Source: Christensenellales bacterium (GTDB lineage Bacteria > Bacillota > Clostridia > Christensenellales > Aristaeellaceae). Taken from it: a DNA stretch of 64,000 nt. Numbering within the stretch: the stretch's first letter is position 1; each line of letters begins with the position of its first letter. Where the stretch lies: contig JBGUSK010000075.1 in NCBI GenBank assembly GCA_045132495.1, positions 350-64,349 on the forward strand. The letters are read 5' to 3'. The translations under genes were made by a program, and so were the position numbers. This document shows, piece by piece, positions 51,538 to 60,477 of the stretch. Under the pieces are notes generated by a model. The model had not been told where the DNA came from. It did not search any database and saw only the letters and a program-made list of their open reading frames with translations.

Positions 51538-51712
51538 CGATTTGACCTCCTTATGAAATTGAACGAAAGCTGAAGCCTGCCCTCATTATAACGTCAAAAG
51601 CAGCGGATGTCTACCAATAAAGCGAAGAAAACGCCTCACATTTTGCGCAGCTTTGCCAGCATAACGGACGCTCAAACCAGGCAAACTCCCTGTGAAAAAG
51701 GGAGGTTTTACG

Positions 51713-52969
51713 ATGAAAAAGCCCACGGTGCTGCGAAAGTCCGCCGGACTGGTCGCCACGTTTTTGCTGGCAGCGAGCTGGTTCTCCCCCATGCAGCAGA
51801 CGCTCCGGGACATGCCCGATACCCTCGCCCTCACACAGGGGCAGATGCGCACCATCAGCCTTGGCGGGTTAGCCCTCCAATCCGACGCGCTGACCGTCAC
51901 GTCCTCCGGGGACGAAACCCTCGCTTCCGTCGGGGCGGTGAATGTTGTCAGCCAGCAGACCGGCACGTCAGAGATGCTGCTGACCCTTTTCGGCATCCCG
52001 CTGAAAAAGGTAGAGGTACGCGTCAGCCCGGAGAAGCGGCTGATTCCCGGCGGAATGGCCCTCGGCGTGGCCATGCGCACGGATGGAGTGCTGATCGTCG
52101 GAGTAAGCGACGTGACAGAGGGCGTCAGTCCTGCCAAATCCGCCGGACTGTCTGCCGGAGATGTGATCACCAGCATCAACGGCAAGACGGTCACCACCGC
52201 TGACAGCTTGACCAGTTTGCTCAGCAGCTTCGGCCCCCAGCCGGTGCACATCACCTACCGCCGCGCCGGAGAAAACCGCACAGCCCTGCTCACCCCGCAC
52301 AGGGACGAGGCTACCGGTGCCGTCCGGCTGGGCGCATGGGTACGCGACTCCACCGCAGGCGTGGGCACGCTGTCCTTCTACGACCCGGACACAGGGCACT
52401 ACGCAGCCCTTGGGCACGCCATCACAGACGGAGACACCGGCTCCGTTCTGTCCGTGAGCGAGGGACAAGTGCTGAAGGCGAATATCGTTGCCGTGCAGAA
52501 GGGACAAAAGGGTGTTCCGGGAGAACTCAAGGGCAGCTTTCTCCGGGAAGGCGAAGTACTGGGGAACATCCGCCGCAACTCCATCCTGGGCATCTACGGC
52601 GAGCTGGACGAAGCAGCCGTGAACCCCCTTTACCCGGATGGACTTCCAATCGGGCTTCGTTCCGGCGTCCACACTGGCGAGGCAAGCATTTTGTCCTCCG
52701 TGGACGGCGAAGGTGTGAAGGAGTACGCCATTGAGATCACCCGAGTGAACCCTCAAAGTGCACCAGCGCCCAAATCCATGGTGCTGCGGGTAACAGACGA
52801 GCGCCTCCTGGCTGCCACCGGCGGCATCGTACAGGGTATGAGCGGGAGCCCCATCATTCAGGATGGGCGGATTGTGGGGGCGGTGACGCATGTGTTTGTG
52901 GGGGATCCCCAGCAGGGGTATGGATTGTACATTGATTGGATGTTGCAGGAGAGCAGCATAACTGATTGA
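51713..52969 (+). CDS. spoIVB: SpoIVB peptidase (S55), PDZ plus protease domain
   Basis: Trimmed to ATG 51713 (SD AAGGGAGG). PDZ segment LSAGDVITSINGK, His region ALGHAITD, Ser region GMSGSPIIQDGRIVGAVTHVF. Confidence 0.85.
   Translation: MKKPTVLRKSAGLVATFLLAASWFSPMQQTLRDMPDTLALTQGQMRTISLGGLALQSDALTVTSSGDETLASVGAVNVVSQQTGTSEMLLTLFGIPLKKVEVRVSPEKRLIPGGMALGVAMRTDGVLIVGVSDVTEGVSPAKSAGLSAGDVITSINGKTVTTADSLTSLLSSFGPQPVHITYRRAGENRTALLTPHRDEATGAVRLGAWVRDSTAGVGTLSFYDPDTGHYAALGHAITDGDTGSVLSVSEGQVLKANIVAVQKGQKGVPGELKGSFLREGEVLGNIRRNSILGIYGELDEAAVNPLYPDGLPIGLRSGVHTGEASILSSVDGEGVKEYAIEITRVNPQSAPAPKSMVLRVTDERLLAATGGIVQGMSGSPIIQDGRIVGAVTHVFVGDPQQGYGLYIDWMLQESSITD
52886..52969 (+). repeat. spoIVB 3'-end repeat, copy 1 (functional end of the gene)
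   Basis: Encodes THVFVGDPQQGYGLYIDWMLQESSITD*. The core 52892-52942 recurs at 53845-53895 and 55303-55353. Confidence 0.85.
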
Positions 52970-52977
52970 TACCATTA

Positions 52978-53007
52978 TTGTAAAACAAGTAAAGGTTGTG
53001 ATATAAT
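52978..53007 (+). promoter_or_regulatory. Promoter of the cassette-1 gene
   Basis: TTGTAA, 18-nt spacer, extended -10 TGaTATAAT (52999-53007). Confidence 0.5.
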
Positions 53008-53048
53008 GCAGTAAAGTCCTTATATTTTCGTGCAAGGAGGACACTCTT

Positions 53049-53819
53049 ATGTTTGTGCGAGTTACAGACCGAGCTACAGGAAAGCACTTCAAATCCATCG
53101 TGTATGGTCTTTTGAATTGCGGCTATTATGAAGAAGCGATCGTACTGAATCCTCTGGGAAACTGTTTTGAGATTATCAGCTATTTTGACAGAAGCAAGAC
53201 CGGCAAGGATTTTGATCCATTTCAGACAGGCTATGAAATCATTCATCCGGATCGTGGAGATTGGATAACAGCAGGTGCAAAGGAACTGCATATACTCAAA
53301 CCTGTGTTAAGCAGGACTCTGGGATGTGGAGTTACAGCACAGATGACAGGATACGAAGATGTGTTTTCTGATGTTGATAAACTGGTGCAGTTTCTGAATC
53401 AGCGCAGCATTCCGGCTAAGGACGCTTGGTTTTCTGTTCGCCAACTGCCTGATATCCAGGAGTGGAAGTACATTTCAACACAAGAAGATGCAGATGCCTT
53501 TATGGATATCTTCGCTGGATTCCATGATTCCACACTAAACAAAATGATCTATGAAGAAGAAAATCAAAGAACTAAACTCACAGCGACTTTTGATAATCGT
53601 GGATGGTATGGAATTGTTGAACTATGCTTCGAGGGCGTAACAGAGATTCATATCCGCCCGCCCAAGGAAAACCGCCTTCGCGATATTTGCTGTGCAATGC
53701 TTCGGATTGTGGATGAAATGGTTGTCTGGGCTGACGATTGGTGTGAAAACATCGAAGACATCCAGCCTGATTGGAGTTGTGTCAAGGCACTCAGTTTGAA
53801 ATGGCGAAGAATTGAGTGA
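53049..53819 (+). CDS. Hypothetical 256-aa cytoplasmic protein on lower-GC cassette 1
   Basis: ATG 8 nt after AAGGAGG. A sampled line is 42% GC. No family recognised. Confidence 0.6.
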   Translation: MFVRVTDRATGKHFKSIVYGLLNCGYYEEAIVLNPLGNCFEIISYFDRSKTGKDFDPFQTGYEIIHPDRGDWITAGAKELHILKPVLSRTLGCGVTAQMTGYEDVFSDVDKLVQFLNQRSIPAKDAWFSVRQLPDIQEWKYISTQEDADAFMDIFAGFHDSTLNKMIYEEENQRTKLTATFDNRGWYGIVELCFEGVTEIHIRPPKENRLRDICCAMLRIVDEMVVWADDWCENIEDIQPDWSCVKALSLKWRRIE

Positions 53820-53919
53820 AGATTGGTATCATCGACGTACATATGTGTTTGTGAGTGACCCCACGCAGGGGTATGGGCTGTATGTGGATTGGATGCTGGG
53901 GGAAGCGGGGCAGACATAA
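53795..53919 (+). repeat. spoIVB 3'-end repeat, copy 2 (orphan) with shared upstream segment
   Basis: In the tail frame: HRRTYVFVSDPTQGYGLYVDWMLGEAGQT*. The upstream 53795-53836 resembles 55249-55294. Confidence 0.8.
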
Positions 53920-53923
53920 AAAT

Positions 53924-53946
53924 GCACGTCCCGGCAAAGGACGTGC
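53924..53946. terminator. Bidirectional hairpin terminator after repeat copy 2 and the MFS gene
   Basis: 8-bp stem GCACGTCC / GGACGTGC, with an A-run upstream. Confidence 0.6.
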
Positions 53947-53955
53947 GGAAGTACA

Positions 53956-55218
53956 TTATTCGCAATGGGTCAGAATGAATGCCTTGGTGTGTCTGTTCAG
54001 GCAAACGTACAGTATGGGGAGTAGCGCCAGTGTGATGCCTGCGGCAAAAACCAGGTGTAACGGGAAAACATCCCCCAGAAAACCAAAGACCACCGCGGAC
54101 AGCGCCATGCCGCCACAGCAGGAGGACTGGACAAAGCCCAGGATAGCACTGCGGTTCTCTTCCGGCAGGGCCAGCATCAGGGCGGCGTTGAATACGGCGT
54201 TGCCGGCTGCATTGGTCAGGCTGGCAAGGAAAAAGAGTACACACATGGGTATGAACTGCGTGGAGAAATATGCCAGCAGGCTGAACACTCCGAAGAGGGA
54301 AAAGCCAAGAGTCATCGTCCAGAAGCGTGCCTTGGGCGTCAGCTTCACAATGCCCAGAAACAGCACGCACAAAAGGGAACCTGCTGTCATGACCGCAGAA
54401 AGGTAGCCGTACATATCCACGGTGAACCCCTTTTCCAGGCAGAAGGGCAGCATGAGGGTCGTGGGACCTGCACAAAGCAGGTTCAGCAGCAGGATGCTGG
54501 GGACAAACAGGCGCAGGCAGCCGTCTGAAAAGATGGTCTTCACGGCGCTGCCCATATCCCGCAAGAGGCCACTGGCTGTAACCTGTGTGCCTTGCTGGGG
54601 AGTTCTTGGCACATGGATGAAGAACTCAGAGACAGCGGAATACAGGTTGCTCAGGCCGTTGATGACCACAATCAGCGGTACGCCGAGGAAAGCTACCATC
54701 ACGCCGCTGAGGGCTGAACCAGTCAGGTTGATAAGCGATGAAACACCTGAAAAAACAGACTGGCCCTGTACCATATCATTGCGAGGGATAATATCGATCA
54801 TCAGCGTGCTGACAGCAGGAGAATAGAAAACGCTGCCAAAGGCGGCCAGCAATGCCACGATCAGCACGATGGGTACACTCAGGGTATTCTGCCAGGCCAA
54901 TAGTCCTACGACCAGCATGAGCAGGCCCTGCAATACATCGATGCCTACGATCATCCACTTGCGGTTGCATTTGTCCACGATGCTGCCGCAAAGAGGAGAG
55001 AAAAACATGGTCACAAACATCGATATGGAGGACATGATTCCCATCAGGGCGCTGGAACCTGTCTGCTGATAGACCCAATAGCCGATGGCAACGCTGTACA
55101 TCAAATCGCCAATGGTGCTGACCGTGTTTCCCTGCAGAAGCAGAATATAGTCTTTATTCCATAGCTTCTTATGCATAAAGGAAAGTTCCTTTCGTTCCTT
55201 TTCGAAAGGATTATACAT
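53956..55218 (-). CDS. MFS transporter (cassette 2)
   Basis: 420 aa and 12 TM. The start could be ATG 55218 or ATG 55176 (MHKKLWNKDY). Confidence 0.8.
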   Translation of the reverse strand: MYNPFEKERKELSFMHKKLWNKDYILLLQGNTVSTIGDLMYSVAIGYWVYQQTGSSALMGIMSSISMFVTMFFSPLCGSIVDKCNRKWMIVGIDVLQGLLMLVVGLLAWQNTLSVPIVLIVALLAAFGSVFYSPAVSTLMIDIIPRNDMVQGQSVFSGVSSLINLTGSALSGVMVAFLGVPLIVVINGLSNLYSAVSEFFIHVPRTPQQGTQVTASGLLRDMGSAVKTIFSDGCLRLFVPSILLLNLLCAGPTTLMLPFCLEKGFTVDMYGYLSAVMTAGSLLCVLFLGIVKLTPKARFWTMTLGFSLFGVFSLLAYFSTQFIPMCVLFFLASLTNAAGNAVFNAALMLALPEENRSAILGFVQSSCCGGMALSAVVFGFLGDVFPLHLVFAAGITLALLPILYVCLNRHTKAFILTHCE

Positions 55219-55248
55219 TATGCTGTTGCTGAATACAATGAGAGCCGC

Positions 55249-55377
55249 TTTGGAGTTGGATTAGAATTGCGTGAAAAGCTTCGACATCATCGACACACCT
55301 ACGTGTTTGTGGCGGATCCTCAGCAAGGGTATGGGCTGTATATTGATTGGATGCTGGGGGAGGCGGGCGCTGTCTGA
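55249..55377 (+). repeat. spoIVB 3'-end repeat, copy 3 (orphan) with shared upstream segment
   Basis: HHRHTYVFVADPQQGYGLYIDWMLGEAGAV*. This explains the tail of spurious ORF 55171..55377. Confidence 0.8.
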
Positions 55378-55400
55378 TCCGGCGCACCACCATACAAAAA

Positions 55401-55430
55401 GCACACCTGACCATTTCCGGCCGGGTGTGC
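55401..55430. terminator. Bidirectional hairpin terminator after repeat copy 3 and the ABC importer operon
   Basis: Stem GCACACC / GGTGTGC, with A-run upstream and T-rich run downstream. Confidence 0.6.
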
Positions 55431-55446
55431 TTATTGTTATGCGAGG

Positions 55447-56520
55447 TCATTCCTTCCCGTGGGAAGTCAGCCACTTGGGCATCATCTGCCTGATGCCGCC
55501 CTTGCCCCGCAGCGAGAGTACCACGCTCTGCAGCAGGATGAAGAAGCACAGCATCGCGCCCACGGTGATCTCCTGCCACCAGGGGTCGCGCAGGCCCGAG
55601 GAGGTCACGATGGCGTTGATGGTGGACAGCGTCAGCACGCCGAAGAAGGTGCCGATCACGTTGCCCACGCCGCCAGAGAGCAGCGTTCCGCCGATGATAG
55701 CCGAGGCGATGGCATTCATCTCCGCGCCGGCGGCGTTGGTGGCGTTGCCTGCGCCGGTGTGCATCATGAATACGAAACCTGCGATGCCGGAGAGCAATCC
55801 GCTGATGACATAGCTGAGGAAGCGGGTACGCTTGACGTTCACGCCCAGCATCAGGGCGCTGTTGCTATTGCCGCCGATTGCGTAGAAACCGCGGCCCAGC
55901 TTGGTCTTGCGCAGCATGATGAACACGATGATGACGATGGCCAGCGCCACCACCACACCGATCTCCGCACGGGCGGGGATCAGATTGCCCTTCTTGGCAA
56001 TGTAGCCCAGCCAGGGAATTTCGATCTTGGTCTTCATCAAGGCCTTGAAGCCTGCATGGGCAACTTTCTGCGGCTGGACGCTGACGATGGTGGTCATGCC
56101 TCTGGCGAAGAACATGCCCGCCAGGGTGATGATGAAGGGCTGTATCTCCAGGTAGGAGATGAGGAAGCCCTGGGTCAGACCGAAGGCCAGACCGATGCCG
56201 ATGGCCAGCAGCGCCGCAGTGAAGATACTTCCGCCGCTGTTCAGGTGAACAACGCAGGACATGACCACCAGCGCGATCACGCCGCCGACGGAAATATCAA
56301 TACCGCCGCCGATCATCACGATGGTCAGGCCGCAGGCGACGATGATCAGCGCCGCATTGTCGTTGAGCATGTCAAACACGCGCTGCCAGCGGAGGAATCC
56401 GCCGCCCCAGATGGCCATGGCGGAGAAGTACATGGCAAAGAAGATGCCGATGGTGATGGTGACGAGCAGCATCGTGTCCGTCAGCGGCTCGCGGCGGCGA
56501 TCAGGATTGCACTTCAGCAT
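55447..56520 (-). CDS. Sugar ABC transporter permease (CUT2 type)
   Basis: Trimmed to ATG 56520, which overlaps the upstream stop (ATGCTGA). About 10 TM. Confidence 0.85.
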   Translation of the reverse strand: MLKCNPDRRREPLTDTMLLVTITIGIFFAMYFSAMAIWGGGFLRWQRVFDMLNDNAALIIVACGLTIVMIGGGIDISVGGVIALVVMSCVVHLNSGGSIFTAALLAIGIGLAFGLTQGFLISYLEIQPFIITLAGMFFARGMTTIVSVQPQKVAHAGFKALMKTKIEIPWLGYIAKKGNLIPARAEIGVVVALAIVIIVFIMLRKTKLGRGFYAIGGNSNSALMLGVNVKRTRFLSYVISGLLSGIAGFVFMMHTGAGNATNAAGAEMNAIASAIIGGTLLSGGVGNVIGTFFGVLTLSTINAIVTSSGLRDPWWQEITVGAMLCFFILLQSVVLSLRGKGGIRQMMPKWLTSHGKE

Positions 56521-57590
56521 GCTGCCACCTCCTTCTTCGCGGCCCCGCGGGCCTTGAGCTTCGTCCACAGGCGGGAGAAGGCCTGTTTCACGATGGGCGA
56601 GGAGATCACCACGATCAGGATGATGACGATGGCCTTGTAGGCCTTGACGTCGGTGGAGGGCACCTTCATGGCGTAGAGGGTGGTGGTCAGTGCCTGGATG
56701 GCATACGCGCCCAGCACGGAGCCGGTGACCTTGAACTTGCCGCCGCCCAGCGCGTTGCCGCCGATGGCGACCGCCAGGATGGCGTCCATCTCGATCTCCA
56801 GCAGCATGGTCTCATGGTTGATCAGGCTCAGTCGGCTGACGCTGATGCAGCCCGCCACCGCACAGCACACGCCCAGCACCAGGAAGGATGCCAGCTTGAT
56901 CAGCGTGGGGCTGATGCCGTTGAGGCGGGCGGCACGCTGGTTGATGCCCACCGTCTGGGTGTAGAGGCCCAGGGTGGTAAAGCGGAAGATCAGGCCCAGG
57001 ATGATCGCCACAGCCGCCACGATGATGATCGGCGTGGGGATGGGGCAGCCGGGAATGAAGCTGCCGATGGCGGTGATCAGGGGGCTGGAAATGGTGGGGG
57101 TTGCGCCGCCGTTGATCCAGTAGGCGATGGAGCGGCCGCAGGTGAAGAGCACCAGCGTGGCGATCATCGGCTGGATCTTGAAGACGGACACCAGCGTGCC
57201 GTTGAAGGCACCAAAGAGCATCGCCACCACGCAGCACAGCAGGAAGCCCACGATGATGGAGCCCATGGTGATCTCACCGGCGCGCAGGTATTTGACGAAC
57301 ACGCTGCCCGCGATGGTCGCCAGCGCACCCACGGAGATATCCTGACCACCGCAGGCCGCCGTCACCAGCGTCATGCCCATGGCGATGATCGCCAGCTCCG
57401 ACGCGCCGTTGAGGATGGAGATCAGGTTGCCCGCCAGCACGGGATTGCCCAGGTTGTTGGTGCTCATCCCCACGGAGAAGAAGCTGGGGTCGCGGATGAG
57501 GTTGAACACCACGATCAGAAGGATGGACAGGAGCGGTACCAGCAGCTGTGCATACCGGCTCCATTTCACCTGAGAGAATTTCGGTTTCAT
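56514..57590 (-). CDS. Sugar ABC transporter permease (CUT2 type)
   Basis: 358 aa, polytopic, paralogous to the downstream permease. Confidence 0.85.
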   Translation of the reverse strand: MKPKFSQVKWSRYAQLLVPLLSILLIVVFNLIRDPSFFSVGMSTNNLGNPVLAGNLISILNGASELAIIAMGMTLVTAACGGQDISVGALATIAGSVFVKYLRAGEITMGSIIVGFLLCCVVAMLFGAFNGTLVSVFKIQPMIATLVLFTCGRSIAYWINGGATPTISSPLITAIGSFIPGCPIPTPIIIVAAVAIILGLIFRFTTLGLYTQTVGINQRAARLNGISPTLIKLASFLVLGVCCAVAGCISVSRLSLINHETMLLEIEMDAILAVAIGGNALGGGKFKVTGSVLGAYAIQALTTTLYAMKVPSTDVKAYKAIVIILIVVISSPIVKQAFSRLWTKLKARGAAKKEVAAC

Positions 57591-57593
57591 GGC

Positions 57594-59096
57594 TTAATCT
57601 GCACCTCCCGCGATCGTCCGCATCACATTGTCCTGGCTCAGTTCTGTTCCGCGCAGCTCGCCCACGATGCGCCGGTCACGCATGACGATCAGGCGGGAGC
57701 AGGTGCGCAGCATCTCCTCGATCTCCGAGGAAATAAAGGTCACGCTCATGCCCTCCTCGGAGAGCTTGCGCACCAGTCGCTGGATCTCCGTCTTGGTGCC
57801 CACGTCAATGCCGCGGGTCGGTTCGTCCAGGATCAGGTACTTGGGGTGGGTCAGCAGCCAGCGGGCCAGGATGACCTTCTGCTGGTTGCCGCCGGAGAGG
57901 GACTTAATGGGCGTGTCGCTGGAGGCCGTCTTGATCTCCAGCGCCTTAATGTATTCGTCTGCAAAGGCTTCCTGCTCCTTCTGGGTCATCGGGCGGAAGA
58001 AGCCCTTCATCACCTGCAAGGCCAGGATGATGTTCTCGCGGACGGACAGATCGGCGATGATGCCGTCGTCCTTGCGGTCCTCGGGGAGGTAGCCGATGCC
58101 GTGCTTCATGGCCTGCTTGGGGGTGGTGATCTTCACCTGCCTGCCGTCCATCTGGATGCTGCCGCCGCTGACCCGGTCTGCGCCGAAGATGGCGCGTACG
58201 CTCTCTGAGCGGCCGGAGCCCAGCAGGCCCGTAAAGCCGTTGACCTCGCCCTTGCGGATGGCGAAGTCGAAGGGCGCGATGCCGGTGTTGCTGGCCAGAT
58301 GAGCGGCCTCGTACACCGGGGTGGAGGTGTCTGCGGCGGCTGCGTCGTCCCGCTTGAGGTCGCTCAGCCCCTGCAGCTCCTTGCCCATCATTTTGGCGAC
58401 CAGCTCGACCTGGGGGAGATTTTCCACCTCATATTCCCCCACCAGCTCGCCGTTGCGAAGGACGGTGATGCGGTCGCTGACGGCATAGACCTGCTCCAGG
58501 AAGTGGGTGACGAAGATGATGCCCACGCCCCGGGCCTTCAGGTCGCGCATGAGGGAGAAGAGCATTTCAACTTCCTTGTCGTCCAGGGAGGAGGTGGGTT
58601 CGTCCAGGATGAGCACCTTGCAGTCCATATCCACCGCGCGGGCGATGGCGACCATCTGCTGCACCGCCAGAGAGCAGGAGCCCAGCTGCTGGCGGGGTCT
58701 GGCGGGGATGCCAAGGCTGTCCAGGATCTCCCCTGCCCGCTGGTAGCGCTTCTTCCACCCGACAATGCTGCCCTTTTCGCGACCGATGAACATATTTTCC
58801 GCCACAGTCAGGTTGGGGCAAAGGGTGATCTCCTGATAAACGGTGGAGATGCCCGCCTTCTGCGCATCCTGGGGGGAACGGATGACAACTTCCTTCCCTT
58901 CGATGGCGATGGTGCCTGCGTCCTTGCCGTATACGCCGGTAAGAACCTTGATCAGGGTGGACTTTCCTGCGCCATTCTCACCCATCAGCGCATGGACTTC
59001 GCCCTTGCGCAGGGTGAAATCTACATTGTGCAGCGCCCGGACGCCCGGAAAGGTTTTTCCGATCCCCCGCATAGACAAAACGACTTCGCTTTGCAT
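57594..59096 (-). CDS. Sugar ABC transporter ATP-binding protein with two fused ABC domains
   Basis: Trimmed to ATG 59096 (SD GGAGGAAC). GENGAGKST, LILDEPTS, LSGGNQQK and LILDEPTRGID. Confidence 0.9.
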   Translation of the reverse strand: MQSEVVLSMRGIGKTFPGVRALHNVDFTLRKGEVHALMGENGAGKSTLIKVLTGVYGKDAGTIAIEGKEVVIRSPQDAQKAGISTVYQEITLCPNLTVAENMFIGREKGSIVGWKKRYQRAGEILDSLGIPARPRQQLGSCSLAVQQMVAIARAVDMDCKVLILDEPTSSLDDKEVEMLFSLMRDLKARGVGIIFVTHFLEQVYAVSDRITVLRNGELVGEYEVENLPQVELVAKMMGKELQGLSDLKRDDAAAADTSTPVYEAAHLASNTGIAPFDFAIRKGEVNGFTGLLGSGRSESVRAIFGADRVSGGSIQMDGRQVKITTPKQAMKHGIGYLPEDRKDDGIIADLSVRENIILALQVMKGFFRPMTQKEQEAFADEYIKALEIKTASSDTPIKSLSGGNQQKVILARWLLTHPKYLILDEPTRGIDVGTKTEIQRLVRKLSEEGMSVTFISSEIEEMLRTCSRLIVMRDRRIVGELRGTELSQDNVMRTIAGGAD

Positions 59097-59208
59097 ACAC
59101 GTTCCTCCGTTCTGCCAACGCAGGAGCATTGGCTTATCTCATGTCCGGCCCCGCGCCGCCTCATGCAGCGCCGCAGGGCATATCGCATTCCGCCGCTTCA
59201 CGGCGAAA

Positions 59209-59249
59209 GCGGTGCGGCGTGCGGATTTTCTCCACAGCTGCCGCACCGC
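59209..59249 (-). other. Intercistronic stem-loop between the binding-protein and ATPase genes
   Basis: 10-bp GC-rich stem GCGGTGCGGC / GCCGCACCGC with a 21-nt loop in a 187-nt spacer. Confidence 0.45.
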
Positions 59250-59283
59250 AAGATTTACCTAACGATCACATGTCCCTGTGCGA

Positions 59284-60246
59284 TCACTCGCCCAGGCCGT
59301 AAGCATCGATGTCCGCCTGCGTGATGGTGGCAGCGTCGAAGCCCTTCTCCTCGGAGATGATCTTCTTGGACTCCAGGCCCAGCTCTTCACCGGCTTCCAG
59401 CTTCTGGATCAGGTCGGAGATGACCTTGGCCTGGAAGGGAGAGCACTGACCGTCGTAGTTCCAGTTGCCGGCGAGCACTTCGCGCAGCGCCCAGCGGTTG
59501 CAGTCGAAGCCCATCACGATGACCTTGCCGCCCACGCCGTGGGTGATGCCAGCCTCGTCCAGCGCAGCCACAGCGCCGCGGGCCATGCCGTCGTTCTCAG
59601 CGTAAACGATGTTGAAGTCTTCATCGGAGTTGATGACGGATTCCACGATCTTCTTGGCTTCGGCTTCGTCCCAGGTAGCGGTCTGCTGCACGACGATCTT
59701 CCAATTGTCGGCGGCGGCGACCTGAGCGTCCACAGCGCCGGTACGGCCCAGCTGAGCGTCGGAGCCCATAGCGCCCTGGATGTGGATGATGTTGTAGGCT
59801 TCCAGGTTCTGAGCGATCAGCCATTCAACGGCCAGCTTGCCCTGGTTGGCCATGTCGGACACGACGGCGGCCTCGTACAGGCTCTCGTCACAGTCGATCA
59901 TGCGGTCGAACAGGAACACGGGGATGCCATTCTCCTGGGCGGAAGCCAGCACGGCGTCCCAGCCGGTGGTCTCAGCAGCGGAGATCAGCAGGTAATCCAC
60001 GCCGTCGGTGATGAACTGCTGAGCGGCGGAGAGCTGCTCATCGTTCTTCAGGCTGTAGAAGGTCTTGGCGGCGTAGCCGTTCTCGGCGGAGAAGACAGCC
60101 TCGAAGTCCTTCACGTTGGCCTCACGGTAGCCGGACTCGGACGGGGGGTTGTTCACGATGCCCACGGTGATCTCAGCCGCGGCAACGCCGATGGTCATGA
60201 TGCAGACCATCATCAGGGCGACGAACAGACGGGCAAACTTCTTCAT
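59284..60246 (-). CDS. Sugar ABC transporter substrate-binding protein (periplasmic binding protein family 1, ribose/galactofuranose-like)
   Basis: Signal peptide, then a typical PBP1 fold sequence (VDYLLISAAETTGWDAVLASAQENGIPVFLFDR). SD AGGAGG. Confidence 0.85.
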   Translation of the reverse strand: MKKFARLFVALMMVCIMTIGVAAAEITVGIVNNPPSESGYREANVKDFEAVFSAENGYAAKTFYSLKNDEQLSAAQQFITDGVDYLLISAAETTGWDAVLASAQENGIPVFLFDRMIDCDESLYEAAVVSDMANQGKLAVEWLIAQNLEAYNIIHIQGAMGSDAQLGRTGAVDAQVAAADNWKIVVQQTATWDEAEAKKIVESVINSDEDFNIVYAENDGMARGAVAALDEAGITHGVGGKVIVMGFDCNRWALREVLAGNWNYDGQCSPFQAKVISDLIQKLEAGEELGLESKKIISEEKGFDAATITQADIDAYGLGE

Positions 60247-60477
60247 GATTGGTTCCTCCTATCTCACTTTGTCCATTCTGGTGGACTTGTTGATGTTATT
60301 GTATATGATCCGGAGGAAAATAACATTCAAATTCTTTTTACAGAACATAGCAACTATTTTGGGACTTTTTCGTCCGGGCAGCAAAAATGATAAATCCTTT
60401 CGATTTGTGACAGATTTTTTTGCATGTTGCCGGATGAGGCCAAATCCATGCTATAATGGCTGCAAGAGGTGGATACG

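Noticed and set aside
55280-55286. TTCGACA (Spo0A 0A-box complement) upstream of the MFS gene inside the repeat
   Set aside because: A 7-mer is expected about eight times by chance on both strands of 64 kb. One isolated copy is not evidence.
55171-55377. 68-aa ORF ending ...YVFVADPQQGYGLYIDWMLGEAGAV
   Set aside because: Only its last ~25 residues are meaningful: they are the orphan spoIVB tail, repeat copy 3. The upstream part overlaps the MFS gene start region on the opposite strand and has no start signals.
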